Notes under the pieces: model-generated | Databases searched by the model: none | The model's input: the letters and a program-made list of their open reading frames with translations, nothing else | What the model was told of the DNA's origin: nothing | Shown here: positions 19,316-30,293 of the stretch, piece by piece | Layout: each line of letters starts with the position of its first letter | Position numbering within the stretch: position 1 is the stretch's first letter | Assembly (NCBI GenBank): GCA_963802945.1 | Contig: CAWDKY010000025.1 | Location: 1 to 64,000, forward strand | Direction: 5' to 3' | Source of the DNA: an uncultured delta proteobacterium | GTDB lineage: Bacteria; Desulfobacterota; RBG-13-43-22 | DNA: 64,000 bases | Made by a program: the position numbers and the translations under genes

Positions 19316-21084
19316 TTATAAAAACCAATAAACCCCGATGATGATAAAAATAACCAGCAAGGCCACAGCCAGATAATTCTGGATATTCCCGGTTTGTACC
19401 TTGCGGACTTCATTGCCGATCTCTTGAGTACCGTAGGCGACATTATCAACCACCCCGTCAATACCCCAGCGGTCGAACCAGGCAAAAAAACCGGCCAAGG
19501 ACCATCAAGACTTTAAGGGCGATGGTCCTGTAGAGATCTCCCCATTTGGTGTCAAGAAGTTGGATGATTTTTTCATCAAACCACATAAAGCCGTCCATCG
19601 CCTTTCGGTAGAACCAGTCGAAATCCAGATTGATCTTCGGTTCCGGGGTGAGCCTCTTGATGAGCAGGAAGAAACCCAATCCGGTAAACATCATCAACTG
19701 GAGGGTTTCGGAAAGATGGGGCATGTTATAAGGATGATATTCCATGGCCACCTCTTTAAACGGAAGCAGTTCATAGAGGGCTTTGGGGTAAACGCCGATA
19801 AAAAAACACAGAAAAGCAGTTAGCCCCATGGCTATTAGCATATTCTTAGGAGGTTCTTTGGGTTTGAGCCCGCAATCTTTTCCAAACCAGGCGAAATAGG
19901 GAAGCTTTAATCCCACCGAGAGGAAAGTACCCACTGAGGCCAAGAGCATCAGGACCATGAGCACCGGATGGTGGGCCTCTTCGGCGCCGGCGATGACCAT
20001 GGATTTGCTGACAAACCCGCTGAATAGAGGCCAACCGGAAATTGAGATTCCTCCCACGACATAAAAAATTAGGGTCAGAGGCATATATTTATAAAGCCCG
20101 CCCAGTTTATCCAATTTGGAAGTACCGGTCATCATCAGAACCGACCCGGCCCCCATAAATAAAAGGGCCTTATATAAAATGTGGGCGTAGGCATGGGCGC
20201 AGGCCCCGTCAACAGCCAGGGCCGTGCCGATCCCGACACCGGCCACCATGTAGCCCACCTGGCTGACGATGTGATAGGAGAGGATGCGGCGCATGTCATT
20301 TTCAATGGTCGCATAACAGACGCCATAAACGGTCATCACCGTACCCATAATGGCCAGAACGTCATATCCGGGGAAAGCCCCGGGCCAGGACATAGACGGC
20401 CGTCTTGGTGGTAAAAGCGCACATAAATACTGCGCCGGTGACTGTAGCCTCCGGATAGGCATCGGGCAGCCAGGCATGCAAGGGGAAGACAGCGGCATTC
20501 AAGGCGAACCCGGCCAGGATCAGATATTCGGCCACTCCGGCCCCGGCCTGAGGAATAAAAACAAAGGCCATGCTCCCGGTATTTTTATAATGAAGAAAGA
20601 TACCGGCCAGGAGTAACAACCCGCCGAAGATATGCATCAGGAGATAACGAAAACCAGCCCTCAGGGAAGCCGGCTCTCTGCGGAACCAGATCAGGAAGGT
20701 GGAGGCCAGGGCCATCATTTCCCAGAAGATGAAAACGGTCAGATAATCTCCGGCGAAAACCACCCCCAGAGAGCCGCCGACATAGAAAAAGGAGGCGATG
20801 TGCTGGGCATCTTCTTTGACATGAAGGCCGTAGAGAACACCAAGAAAGGCCATCAAGGTAAAGACATGGGCAAAAACCAGGCTCAGACGATCCACCCGAC
20901 CGACCAGGATATTAAACCCCAGATAGTTGAGCTGTCCATACATCCCGATGTTCATGGTGACCACGAGATAAAAGGCCGCCGCCGGGATGGCCAGTAAATA
21001 AATTTTCTTAAGCCAGCCCTTGAATACCGGGATAAGGAAGGCACCCAGGATAAAGAGAAGAGACGGATGTATAAACTTATCCAT
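19316..21084 (-). CDS. Na+/H+ antiporter subunit D / NuoL-like proton-translocating subunit (two +1 frameshifts, probably artefactual)
   Basis: Joined ORFs 20362-21084, 19458-20498, 19316-19498: HAWLPDAYPEAT, RRILSYHIVSQVGYM, C-terminal DGVVD/QTGNIQNY. Confidence 0.85.
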
Positions 21085-21322
21085 AATAATCTTCTTTCTT
21101 CATCAGCACGGCGTGCGACAGGCCCTTCATGATTCGTATCAAAAGGACACAGCCCAAAAAACCAAACACCGTCCAAAACCCGGGGTATTCCCAGAAGTGA
21201 TGGCCCTCGTGACTGGGGATCAGAAAATCAAAAGCAATCGTTGCCGCCAGGACGATGTAAAGTATGCGTCTCAAGACCTTTAAATGGTCCCGTAAATATT
21301 GTATGGGAGTTGCCCAGTTCAT
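21077..21322 (-). CDS. Small 2-TM membrane protein of the complex I/Mrp-like operon
   Basis: PGFWTVFGFLGC...MKKEDYY; overlaps next start. Confidence 0.75.
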   Translation of the reverse strand: MNWATPIQYLRDHLKVLRRILYIVLAATIAFDFLIPSHEGHHFWEYPGFWTVFGFLGCVLLIRIMKGLSHAVLMKKEDYYG

Positions 21323-21324
21323 AA

Positions 21325-22868
21325 CTATAAAGCCGCCTTAACGATATGGATTAGGTATTTTGGATCAACCGCTTTGACGATATTCAAAAAATAATCCGGA
21401 TAAAGGCCCATCAAAACCGAAAATATGGCTGTGATGACCAGAGGAACGACCATGATAGCCGGGGCCTCCTGCAGACCGCTGTTTTGATTTGGTGAGCCGT
21501 TGTTAAGCAATACTTCATTTGGTTTACCAAAAAAGGCCCGAAAGACCACCGGCATAAAATAAGCCGTGTTCAAGATCGTGCTGGCTAATAAAACAACCAA
21601 AAAGATAGTTTGGTGAGCCTGCATGGTCCCGATGGCTAGATACCATTTGGTGACAAAGCCGCAGACCAGAGGAACGCCGATCATGGAGAGTGATGCCACA
21701 CCGAAGGCCCCCATGGTAAAAGGTATCTTACGGCCTATACCGGACATTTCGCTGATGGAACGGGTGTTGCAGGGCCACAAAAATCGCCCCGGCGCACATA
21801 AAGAGGGTGATCTTGGAAAAGGCATGGTTGGCAATATGGATCAATCCTCCGGTGACCGCACTGGGGGTCAGCAGGGCCACACCCAGGACGATATACGAAA
21901 GCTGACTGACCGTGGAATAGGCCAGCCTGGCCTTCAGATCGTCTTTGGTCAGGGCAATAATCGAGGCCATCAGGATGGTAAATGAGGCGAAATAGGCCGT
22001 GGGGATTCCCAGATTCAAAGAGTTTAATATCCCGACGCCGAAGACCGAGAGCATGACCCGGCTGATACAAAAGACCCCGGCCTTGACCACGGCCACGGCA
22101 TGGAGCAGGGCGCTGACCGGGGTGGGGGCGACCATGGCCGATGGCAGCCAGTTATGTAAGGGCATCATGGCCGCCTTGGCAAATCCGGCCATAAAAAGAA
22201 TATAGGTAATGGTCACCAGCATCGGATTGGCATTGGCTGGAAAGATCCCTTTGGTTATACCCGATGGGGCAAAATCCAATGTCCCGGCCAGGACATAGGT
22301 CAAAATAACGGCCGGCAGTAAAAAGGATTTGGCTGTGCCAGTCAGATAGACCATGTATTTTCTGGCGCCCTCATAGGCCTCTTCATCCTGATGATGGCCG
22401 ACCAGGGGATAGGTGAAGATGGTGATGATCTCATAAAAGAAATAGAGCGTAAACAAGTTGCCGGAAAAGGCCACCCCAACGGCCCCGACGATGGCCACGG
22501 CAAAACAGAAATAATAGCGGGTCTGGGCGTGTTCTTTCAAAGCCCGCATGTAGCCGATGTTATAAAAAGTGACCAGGATCCACAGGAATGAAGAGATGGT
22601 CCCGAAAATCATCCCCAGGGCATCCACCCTTAATTTCAGGGAGATCCCCGGCAAAATAACAAACGGCGTATATTCAAAGGCCTTACCGGCCAAAACCTGC
22701 GGGCGTCATCGAAAGGACGGTGAGGAAGGTACCCACTGCCCCTAACACCGACCAGGTCTCCCTTAGGTTTGGCTTTTTTTGTGTGCACATAACCAGCAGG
22801 GAGGCTACGGTGGCAATCAAAATGGCGATTAACGGCCGGATGGAGATAATGGTTTCCACTGTTTCCAT
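21325..22868 (-). CDS. Monovalent cation/H+ antiporter subunit D family (MrpD-like) protein (two +1 frameshifts, probably artefactual)
   Basis: Joined ORFs 22683-22868, 21728-22693, 21325-21834: HNWLPSAMVAPTPVSALLHAVAVVKAG, LKARLAYSTVSQLSY. Confidence 0.85.
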
Positions 22869-22882
22869 GGGGATTAAAAGAT

Positions 22883-23191
22883 CTAACCTTTCAGTTCAGT
22901 GACACTATCGGGTTTAATCTCTCTAAACCGGCGATAGATGGTAATAATGATGCTTAAGGCAATGGCCGTTTCGGCAGCGGCCAGACCCATGATAAACAGG
23001 GTAAAGGCCTGGCCCATGGCCGCATCCTTGGATAAAAACATATTAAAGGCCATGAAATTCAGGGCGGCCCCGTTGAGAATCAGTTCGGTGGAGATCAGCA
23101 TGCCGATCAAACTACTTTGCTGCAGGATACCGAAAATCCCGACACAAAACATCAGGGCGCCCAATATCAAATAGGTAATCAGTTGTTCCAT
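22883..23191 (-). CDS. nuoK: NADH-quinone oxidoreductase subunit K
   Basis: LISTELILN, GQAFTLF, AAAETAIALS, ELKG. Confidence 0.92.
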   Translation of the reverse strand: MEQLITYLILGALMFCVGIFGILQQSSLIGMLISTELILNGAALNFMAFNMFLSKDAAMGQAFTLFIMGLAAAETAIALSIIITIYRRFREIKPDSVTELKG

Positions 23192-23193
23192 GT

Positions 23194-23727
23194 TTAATCT
23201 CTTTTTTGGTGATAACTGGCAATCATGATGGCTCCGATGATGGCAATGGCCAACAGTAGAGAAATCAATTCAAAGACCAGGAAATACCGGGTCAGCAATT
23301 GCTGCCCCAGGGTCTTAATACTCCAATCCCTTGTGAGGTTGATACCCGGGCCCCATTGGAAACTTAAAATCATCTTGACCATACCGATAAAGGCCACCAG
23401 GCTGACGATCAGGGCGACGATCATCCTTGGTTTTTTTCTTTTGGGGACATCCCATTCCAGGGGAGGGGAGAGCATAATGGCAAAGATATAGGTGATGCAG
23501 ATGGCCCCTACATAAATCAATAACTGCATTACGGCCACAAACTGGCTGCCGAGATACAGATAGATGCCGGCCACCCCGAACATGGACAAGGCCAGCCCCA
23601 AAATGTTATGGACGATTTTAGGCAGCGTCACGGCGATCACGGCCCCAACCAGAGTGAGAACGACCATAAACCAGAAGGCCACCTGGGCCACAATGATCGG
23701 CGGTATGAAATTGGAAATGGTATTCAT
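23194..23727 (-). CDS. nuoJ: NADH-quinone oxidoreductase subunit J
   Basis: QLLIYVGAI, FAIML, FELISLLL. Confidence 0.92.
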   Translation of the reverse strand: MNTISNFIPPIIVAQVAFWFMVVLTLVGAVIAVTLPKIVHNILGLALSMFGVAGIYLYLGSQFVAVMQLLIYVGAICITYIFAIMLSPPLEWDVPKRKKPRMIVALIVSLVAFIGMVKMILSFQWGPGINLTRDWSIKTLGQQLLTRYFLVFELISLLLAIAIIGAIMIASYHQKRD

Positions 23728-24187
23728 GGCCTTTCCTCTAACCGTTGCATGATATCGATGACCGTATCCCAGCGTTGATAGAAGACCAGTTCATATTCAC
23801 TGGAAAATTTGAGGGTTTGTTCCGGACAGACATCAACGCACAAACCGCAAAGGCTGCACTTGGAAAAATCAATGATATACTGACGGCCCCACTTTTTTAT
23901 CACCGGCCCTGTTCTTTTCCCCCTGGAGTTTGATGACATGGGAGGGGCAGGTGCGGGCGCACAAGCCGCAGGCCACACAATGGTGGGTCTTGGTATCATC
24001 AAAGCGGATAAACTCGATGTGTCCCCGGAAACTAGGGCTCATGGTGATTTTCTGCGTAGGGATATTGGACCGTGATAATGGGCTTGAAGAGCCGTCTGGC
24101 CGTGACCCACATTCCGATAGCCAGGCTCTTGGCCCCGATCAGGATATCCAGGATGTACTGTATAAAAGGATTGGATGACTGTTTCAT
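23724..24187 (-). CDS. nuoI: NADH-quinone oxidoreductase subunit I (two +1 frameshifts near 24060 and 23888)
   Basis: Manual translation: TVQYP/..FRGHI..CVACGLCARTCP../IIDFSKCSLCGLCVDVCP. Confidence 0.88.
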
Positions 24188-24188
24188 C

Positions 24189-25184
24189 TTATATGACCTT
24201 AAGAACAATGGCGGTAATCATAAGGTTCAGCAAGGCAATAGGGATCAATATTTTCCAGGAGAAATTCATCAATTGATCGAATCGAACCCGGGGAAAGGTC
24301 CAGCGTATCCAGTAAATGATGAATATCAGAGCAAAGACTTTGATAAAAAACCAGATCACACCGGGAAGAAAAGGTCCGCTCCATCCCCCCAGAAACAGGA
24401 CCGTGGCCATGGAGGCGGCAATAAACATATTGGCATATTCCGCCATAAAGAACATGCCGAAGCGGATCCCGGTATATTCAGTATGGAATCCGGCAACCAG
24501 TTCTGAATCGGCCTCCACCAGGTCAAAAGGTGACCGGTTGCATTCCGCCGTGGTGGAAATGACAAAGATAAGGAAGGCGATCGGCTGATAAAGGATATGC
24601 CAGACCGGAGTCTGGGCAGCTACGATGTCGCTCAATTTAAAGGAATTAGTCATGATGATGATCGACATGGTAGAAAGGAGTAATGGGATTTCATAAGCCA
24701 CGTTCTGGGCCACCGACCGGACGGCACCGACCAGGGAATATTTATTATTGGAGGCCCATCCGGCCATCAAAATGGAGAAGACCGTCAGACTGGAAAAGGA
24801 AAAGATAAGCAGGATACCCACGTTCAAATCCTTGACCTGCATCACTTGGCTGAATGGAATAATCACAAACCCGACAAAGGTAGGAACGAAGATTAGGACG
24901 GGCGCCAGTCCATACAGGAATTTATCGGCCAATTTCGGTGTAATCATGTCCTTGGCCATCATTTTAATACCATCGGCCAGGTTCTGCAAAATTCCATGCG
25001 GCCCAACCCTCATGAAAGCAGGTCTGAGTGTGATATGACCGGAAACTTTCATCTCAAACCAGACCATAAAGACGACAAGCAGGGGGATAAAGGCCAAATA
25101 AACCACCAGTCCGATAAGGCCGACGGTCAAATCGTAGCCCAGAAAGGCGTATATTGCTTTGCATATTTGGATAAGTTGAGTCAT
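24189..25184 (-). CDS. nuoH: NADH-quinone oxidoreductase subunit H
   Basis: [58 protein letters not shown]. Confidence 0.95.
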   Translation of the reverse strand: MTQLIQICKAIYAFLGYDLTVGLIGLVVYLAFIPLLVVFMVWFEMKVSGHITLRPAFMRVGPHGILQNLADGIKMMAKDMITPKLADKFLYGLAPVLIFVPTFVGFVIIPFSQVMQVKDLNVGILLIFSFSSLTVFSILMAGWASNNKYSLVGAVRSVAQNVAYEIPLLLSTMSIIIMTNSFKLSDIVAAQTPVWHILYQPIAFLIFVISTTAECNRSPFDLVEADSELVAGFHTEYTGIRFGMFFMAEYANMFIAASMATVLFLGGWSGPFLPGVIWFFIKVFALIFIIYWIRWTFPRVRFDQLMNFSWKILIPIALLNLMITAIVLKVI

Positions 25185-25186
25185 AT

Positions 25187-26314
25187 TCAGCGATCAATCT
25201 CCGGAACGGTTACATCAAGACTGCCGAAAATGGCAATGACATCAGCCAGGAAATGCCCTGGGCAGATTTTGGTCATGACAAATAAATTGGAAAAGGAAGG
25301 GGCGCGGACCTTAATACGGTAGGGAACCCGCGATCCGTCACTGACGATATAAAAGCCGACTGCCCCCTTGGCACCTTCAAAGGCAAAATAACATTCGCCG
25401 GCCGGCGGGGTGACAAAACGGGCGACATTGGCCCTGATCGGTCCCTTGGGCAGTTTGTCCAGGGCCTGTTCGATAATATTCAGGCTCTGCTCCATTTCGG
25501 CCATGCGAACCAGATAACGGGCATAACAATCGCCCTCTTCCCGGGTCGGGATCTCGAATTTGAAATCCGGATAGGCTGAATAGGGTTCCTGCTTGCGGAC
25601 ATCGTATTTGATTCCAGAACCCCGTAAGACCGGGCCGGTGACCCCGAATTCCAGGGCTGTCTCCCTGGTAATGACGCCGACATTTTGGGATCGTTTGATA
25701 AAGATGATATTCCCGGTTACCAGATCATGGTAATCCTTCAAACGCTTCCTCAACCGGTCGATAAAACGGCGGGTCCCATCGCAAAAAGCCTGGTCGATAT
25801 CGTTGCGAACCCCTCCGAACCGACCATAACAATAGGGGAGGCGGGAACCGGCCACCGCTTCAAGAAGGTCCAGGATCTGTTCCCGGTCATCCCAACCATA
25901 GATGAAGGGTGTAAAGGCCCCGAGGCCCATGACAAAATCCATGGCCCCGATGAAATGGTTGGCAATGCGGTTCAATTCCGAGGTGATAACCCGGATATAT
26001 TCCGCCCGCCTGGGGACCTCGATCCCACAAAGTCTCTCCACGGCCTGGCAATAGCCATAATTATAGATCAGGCCGGACATATAATCTATTCTCGGCGGAT
26101 AGGGTAAAAATTGTTCATAAATCCGGTTTTCGGCTATTTTTTCATGGCCCCGGTGGGAAAAGCCGATATCGGGTTCGCAGGAAATTACCACTTCACCGTC
26201 CAGGGTCAAAATAAAATGCATGACCCCGTGGGTGCTGGGATGCTGAGGGCCGAGGTTGAGTTTATAGACCCTTTCATTTACAGTGGCATCGTCTATGGTA
26301 ATTTTGTTCAGCAT
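25187..26314 (-). CDS. nuoD: NADH-quinone oxidoreductase subunit D
   Basis: [34 protein letters not shown]; no NiFe CxxC motifs. Confidence 0.95.
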   Translation of the reverse strand: MLNKITIDDATVNERVYKLNLGPQHPSTHGVMHFILTLDGEVVISCEPDIGFSHRGHEKIAENRIYEQFLPYPPRIDYMSGLIYNYGYCQAVERLCGIEVPRRAEYIRVITSELNRIANHFIGAMDFVMGLGAFTPFIYGWDDREQILDLLEAVAGSRLPYCYGRFGGVRNDIDQAFCDGTRRFIDRLRKRLKDYHDLVTGNIIFIKRSQNVGVITRETALEFGVTGPVLRGSGIKYDVRKQEPYSAYPDFKFEIPTREEGDCYARYLVRMAEMEQSLNIIEQALDKLPKGPIRANVARFVTPPAGECYFAFEGAKGAVGFYIVSDGSRVPYRIKVRAPSFSNLFVMTKICPGHFLADVIAIFGSLDVTVPEIDR

Positions 26315-26802
26315 AGGATATCGTCTATTTCTTCGGTGAATTTGGTCTTGCCGAAGGTTTTAAGGAGAGGGTGATAGTCCACCCAGTCGGGATTGATGAT
26401 CCGTTTCAGGTCCGGGTGCTCCTGGAAGCGGATGCCGAAAAAATCATAGACCTCCCGCTCCAGCCAGATGGCCGCAGGATAGATGGCCGCGATACTTAAC
26501 GGTGTCGCTTCCCTGGAGATCCTGATACGAACCTTGACCCGGCAGAACTCTTGATTATAGGTGGAATAAAGATAAGCCAATTCAAAATAGTCAAGATAAT
26601 CCAAGGCGGTTATGGTCTCCAGAAAAAACCGCCTGTCTTTCATGGTCTGGGCCACAGGACGCATCCCGGCCTGGTCCAAACAGACCTCCAACTGATAACC
26701 GGTACGGGCATAATCGGTTTCCTCGATTTTCCCTTCGGGGACGGCCTGGGCCAGGCTATTTTTTAGTTCTTCGAGCAGATTTTTCTGCCCTGGCGTTGAC
26801 AT
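26308..26802 (-). CDS. nuoC: NADH-quinone oxidoreductase subunit C
   Basis: [30 protein letters not shown]. Confidence 0.92.
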   Translation of the reverse strand: MSTPGQKNLLEELKNSLAQAVPEGKIEETDYARTGYQLEVCLDQAGMRPVAQTMKDRRFFLETITALDYLDYFELAYLYSTYNQEFCRVKVRIRISREATPLSIAAIYPAAIWLEREVYDFFGIRFQEHPDLKRIINPDWVDYHPLLKTFGKTKFTEEIDDILC

Positions 26803-27322
26803 CTATTAATCCTTTAGTCATCTTAGTTTGTATTTTAAGTAATCCCTGTATCAGGGCCTCCGGGCGGGGGGGGCAACCGGGGATATAGACATCCACCGGA
26901 ATGATCTTATCCGCGCCGTTGACAATGGCATACTGTCCGTCATAGGAAAACGGTCCCCCGGAGATGGCGCAATTGCCCATGGCAATGACCCATTTGGGGG
27001 CCGGCATCTGTTCATAAAGGGTTTTGATGGTCGGAGCCAGCTTATGGGGAATGGTCCCGGCGATGATCATAATATCGGATTGACGTGGGGTAGCCCTGGG
27101 GATCATCCCAAAACGCATGACGTCCCAACGGGCCATGGCTGGGGCCATCATCTCGATGGCACAACAGGCTATACCGAAGGTCAGGAACCAGGGGGAATTG
27201 ACCCGGACGATATCGATCAGTTCCTGCAGAGGAACAAACCCCACCACGGCAGAGGTTTCCTTATATTCCTTTCTCAGGTCTCTGGAGGGCAGACAGATGG
27301 GTTCGTTTCTCTTTACTTCCAT
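26756..27322 (-). CDS. nuoB: NADH-quinone oxidoreductase subunit B
   Basis: [36 protein letters not shown]. Confidence 0.95.
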   Translation of the reverse strand: MEVKRNEPICLPSRDLRKEYKETSAVVGFVPLQELIDIVRVNSPWFLTFGIACCAIEMMAPAMARWDVMRFGMIPRATPRQSDIMIIAGTIPHKLAPTIKTLYEQMPAPKWVIAMGNCAISGGPFSYDGQYAIVNGADKIIPVDVYIPGCPPRPEALIQGLLKIQTKMTKGLIDVNARAEKSARRTKK

Positions 27323-27705
27323 TTAAAGACTCCTTTACGCCAGGCATAGACAATGGCCAGGGTCAAAATCAACAGAAAGATAAATAATTCGATCAGTTCA
27401 GAAAATCCCGTCCCCTTCTGGTAGGCCACCAGGACAGGGAAAAGGTAGAGGACATCCACATCAAAGGCCAGGAAGATCAGGGCAAAAAGATAATAGGAGG
27501 CCCCGAATTGCAGCCAGGCCGTCTTGATCGGTTCCACCCCACTTTCGTAGGTCATATCCCTTTTTCCACCCAACATTTTGGGACCGAGCAAGAATTCGAC
27601 GATAAACATGACTACAGGCAGGGCCAGGCCGACAAGGAAGAAGATAAAGACGAACAGAAAATCACCGAGGCCGGCTTGCATCATCTGTGAAAACACGGTT
27701 AGCAC
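27313..27705 (-). CDS. nuoA: NADH-quinone oxidoreductase subunit A
   Basis: [32 protein letters not shown]. Confidence 0.93.
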   Translation of the reverse strand: MLTVFSQMMQAGLGDFLFVFIFFLVGLALPVVMFIVEFLLGPKMLGGKRDMTYESGVEPIKTAWLQFGASYYLFALIFLAFDVDVLYLFPVLVAYQKGTGFSELIELFIFLLILTLAIVYAWRKGVFKWK

Positions 27706-28049
27706 TACTCCTTAATGGAAGAGCTTTGAAAACTTTTCGATTTTGTTTACGGTAAAAGAAGACGAAAATTTTAACCTAACGATTACCTTTAGTTGTCTCG
27801 ATGATTAAAATTTGAGTCTGCAGCAGAGATTGGTTTAAACGGGGACGATGTTCAAAGCTCTCTTTATCTTTTAAGTCTTTTAAGTCTCCGCTTTTTCCAG
27901 GCTGTTTAAAGCTTAGAAATATCTTGCACCTCTTACCTGTTTAAAAGGGTTTTTGTCAAGAAAAAAAATAATGAAATACCCTCTCTGAAATTCAATTTTT
28001 ACTCGGGTAACCCGCCGAAGGCGGGGCCGGCGTATTATCAGATTGAAAT

Positions 28050-28994
28050 TTATGCAAGTTTCTCTTTGGAAAGACAGATCTTGGCCTGCTCGATATCCTT
28101 ATTGATTTGGGTTTTCAGGGCTTCCGGTCCGGAAAAGGCCCTTTCCCCTCTCAGCCTTTTCAAGAAAAATATTTTTATATTCTTACCATAGAGGTCATTG
28201 TCAAAATCAAAAAGAAAGGTCTCTATGGAGATGGTTTTGCCATCAGCAAAGGTGGGATTAAAGCCGACATTGGTCACCCCATAAAAAAAGCCCTGAGGGC
28301 TTTCCACCCGGACCACATAAACCCCTCGTTGGGGGATCAGTTGTTCATTGGGATTTATATTGGCCGTGGGAAACCCCAGAAGAGACCGGCCTATGCCTTT
28401 GCCGGGGATAACGGTCCCGGTCAGGAAAAAAGGACGGCCCAGAAGAAGCTTGGCCTCCTCCATGGCCCCGGAGGAAATCAGTTCCCGGACACGGGTGCTG
28501 CTGACCAGATGGTTTCCAACCGTTACTGGGGGATGGATATGAACGATAAACCCCAGCTTCTCACCCAATGCTTTAAGAAGATGTATGTTGCCTTCCCGTT
28601 TTTTCCCGAAGGTATAATCATAACCGACAACAATCTCTTTCATCCCGATTCGCGCAACCAGGACGTCCTGGATAAAACCCCTGGCCGGGATCTGGGAAAA
28701 TTCCCTGGTGAAGGGAATGGACAAAACCACATCGATCCCGTACTGGAAAATCAGACTGACTTTGTTTTCGTCGGAGACGATCTGCCTGGGGGACTTACCC
28801 GGTCTTATGACCTGAGCCGGATGGGGGTGAAAGGTAATGACCAGAGAAGTCCCCTTGGTTTCTTTTGCCCGTTCCCGGACCTTTTGAAACAGGCTTTGAT
28901 GTCCGAGATGAACACCGTCAAAATTTCCGATGGTTAATATCGGGGCTTTAAAGGGTTTGGAGATTTGTTTGATGTCGGAAAAATATTTAGCCAT
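28050..28994 (-). CDS. ribF: Bifunctional riboflavin kinase/FAD synthetase
   Basis: IGNFDGVHLGHQ, VGYDYTFG, SSTRVR, GFPTAN, NVGFNPTF, LRGERAF. Confidence 0.96.
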   Translation of the reverse strand: MAKYFSDIKQISKPFKAPILTIGNFDGVHLGHQSLFQKVRERAKETKGTSLVITFHPHPAQVIRPGKSPRQIVSDENKVSLIFQYGIDVVLSIPFTREFSQIPARGFIQDVLVARIGMKEIVVGYDYTFGKKREGNIHLLKALGEKLGFIVHIHPPVTVGNHLVSSTRVRELISSGAMEEAKLLLGRPFFLTGTVIPGKGIGRSLLGFPTANINPNEQLIPQRGVYVVRVESPQGFFYGVTNVGFNPTFADGKTISIETFLFDFDNDLYGKNIKIFFLKRLRGERAFSGPEALKTQINKDIEQAKICLSKEKLA

Positions 28995-29014
28995 TACATT
29001 TTCCCAAAGACAGC

Positions 29015-29043
29015 TTGACAGAATTTAATTAATCTTTTATATT
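29015..29043 (+). promoter_or_regulatory. sigma70 promoter of tRNA-Leu
   Basis: TTGACA-17-TATATT. Confidence 0.7.
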
Positions 29044-29077
29044 TTTAAATAAGTTAAAAATCAATCAAATAATTATT

Positions 29078-29164
29078 GCCGAAGTGGCGGAATTGGTAGA
29101 CGCGCTAGGTTCAGGGTCTAGTAGGCAGACGCCTGTAGGGGTTCGAGTCCCCTCTTCGGCACCA
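29078..29164 (+). tRNA. tRNA-Leu(CAG)
   Basis: Acceptor GCCGAAG/CTTCGGC, anticodon loop TT-CAG-GG, long variable arm, GGTTCGAGTCC, CCA. Confidence 0.96.
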
Positions 29165-29317
29165 AAGACAGTAAAGCGGATGAGGTTTCAATATCTTGTC
29201 CGTTTTCATTTTGGAGTGGTTGCGGAGAATCGAGTTTATTGACCGCCTCTCGATTGCTGTTCGGATCAAATGAACATAGATGTCAACGGTCATTGGGATG
29301 GAACTATGTTCCAGGCG
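29165..29317 (-). pseudogene. C-terminal remnant of a tyrosine integrase
   Basis: RLEHSSIPMTVDIYVHLI/PNSNREAVNKLD (box II H..T..Y), reading into the tRNA 3' end. Confidence 0.75.
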
Positions 29318-29421
29318 ATGAAGACCTAACCACCCACATAAAATGTGATATATTGAAATGACTGCTGTTTGGCGCGAGCTTCTCATGCCTGTAAGGTTAA
29401 GCCTTTTTAATTGCAGGATGT

Positions 29422-30291
29422 CTACCCTAAAGGCACATTGAGGCCTGAGAAGGTAGGCGGGCTTTTTCTGTCTATGAGATAGGGTTGAACCATCAGGGTC
29501 AGGTAGGGAGGAACAAAGGCTAACGCATAGATTACAAGCAAATCGGCCCATTCCGCCGTGTAAGCGAGCAGGAGGAAACACAATACCGCGGCAGGCAGAC
29601 GCAAAAGGAGTGCCTTTTTATCCAAAAGCAACCTGGTCCTTTTCTTGATGATGAGACAGATCAATAGGAGAGAGATGAGCCAGGTTGTGATCGCCACCTG
29701 AGCGGAGCCCATTGAAACAGAGATCCACCTCAACCCCCCCCACCAGTTTATTAATAAAAAGCAATGGGTCCCCAATACAATGTTTAAGACCGACAGGGCA
29801 TCTTTTTCCTTCACTGGGGTCGTCCATCCGTCCCTTTCCAAAAAAAACACCGCGAGGGCAGCAAAACATCCCCAACCCAAAAGACCGATGGGAGGGACAT
29901 GAAAGATCCCTGGCTTACTCCAGGACCACAGTCCCGCTCGAACAGCCACCGGTTCCATGAGAGAGGCATCGGTCAGCACGACAGCCCCCGTGGCCAGGGA
30001 AATGGCCCATCCTTCCCTCACCTGCCACTGGCGGACTAAATCCCATGCCGAGTGGATCACCAGGGGCCATATCAGAACGACCAGCAAGGGCACATGGGCA
30101 ATAGAGATGGTCCACTCGGGACTGTAGTTGTAGAAACGGTAGAGAAGGATACAACTCTCTTCATTGAGCCAACCGGCCAAGGCCATCAATGCGAGCCTGG
30201 CCATCAAGTTCCAGGGTTGAGGATGCTCTCTTAGGCGAAAAAGGATATAGACGGCGACAATAAGAAGGGCGATCGACTCAAATATCAACAT
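29422..30291 (-). CDS. Integral membrane protein, CruF/carotenoid-biosynthesis-like
   Basis: ~9 TM; EESC..Y..Y..W..HVPLLVVLIWP and D..MEPVAVRAGLWSW resemble CruF/DUF422. Confidence 0.55.
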   Translation of the reverse strand: MLIFESIALLIVAVYILFRLREHPQPWNLMARLALMALAGWLNEESCILLYRFYNYSPEWTISIAHVPLLVVLIWPLVIHSAWDLVRQWQVREGWAISLATGAVVLTDASLMEPVAVRAGLWSWSKPGIFHVPPIGLLGWGCFAALAVFFLERDGWTTPVKEKDALSVLNIVLGTHCFLLINWWGGLRWISVSMGSAQVAITTWLISLLLICLIIKKRTRLLLDKKALLLRLPAAVLCFLLLAYTAEWADLLVIYALAFVPPYLTLMVQPYLIDRKSPPTFSGLNVPLG

Positions 30292-30293
30292 CT

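Noticed and set aside
19316-24187. Programmed frameshifting or genuine split genes in the nuo operon
   Set aside because: No slippery heptamers; uniform +1 insertions in short C/G runs fit sequencing error better.
25187-26314. Group 4 [NiFe]-hydrogenase large subunit
   Set aside because: Both CxxC nickel-binding motifs are absent; the sequence is NuoD-like.
28107-28937. 276-aa plus-strand ORF
   Set aside because: Antisense shadow of ribF with no motifs; the same applies to most short overlapping ORFs in the track.
29111-29581. 156-aa ORF overlapping tRNA-Leu
   Set aside because: Chimeric reading through another gene's end, the integrase scar and the tRNA antisense; only the HSSIPMTVDIY part is meaningful.
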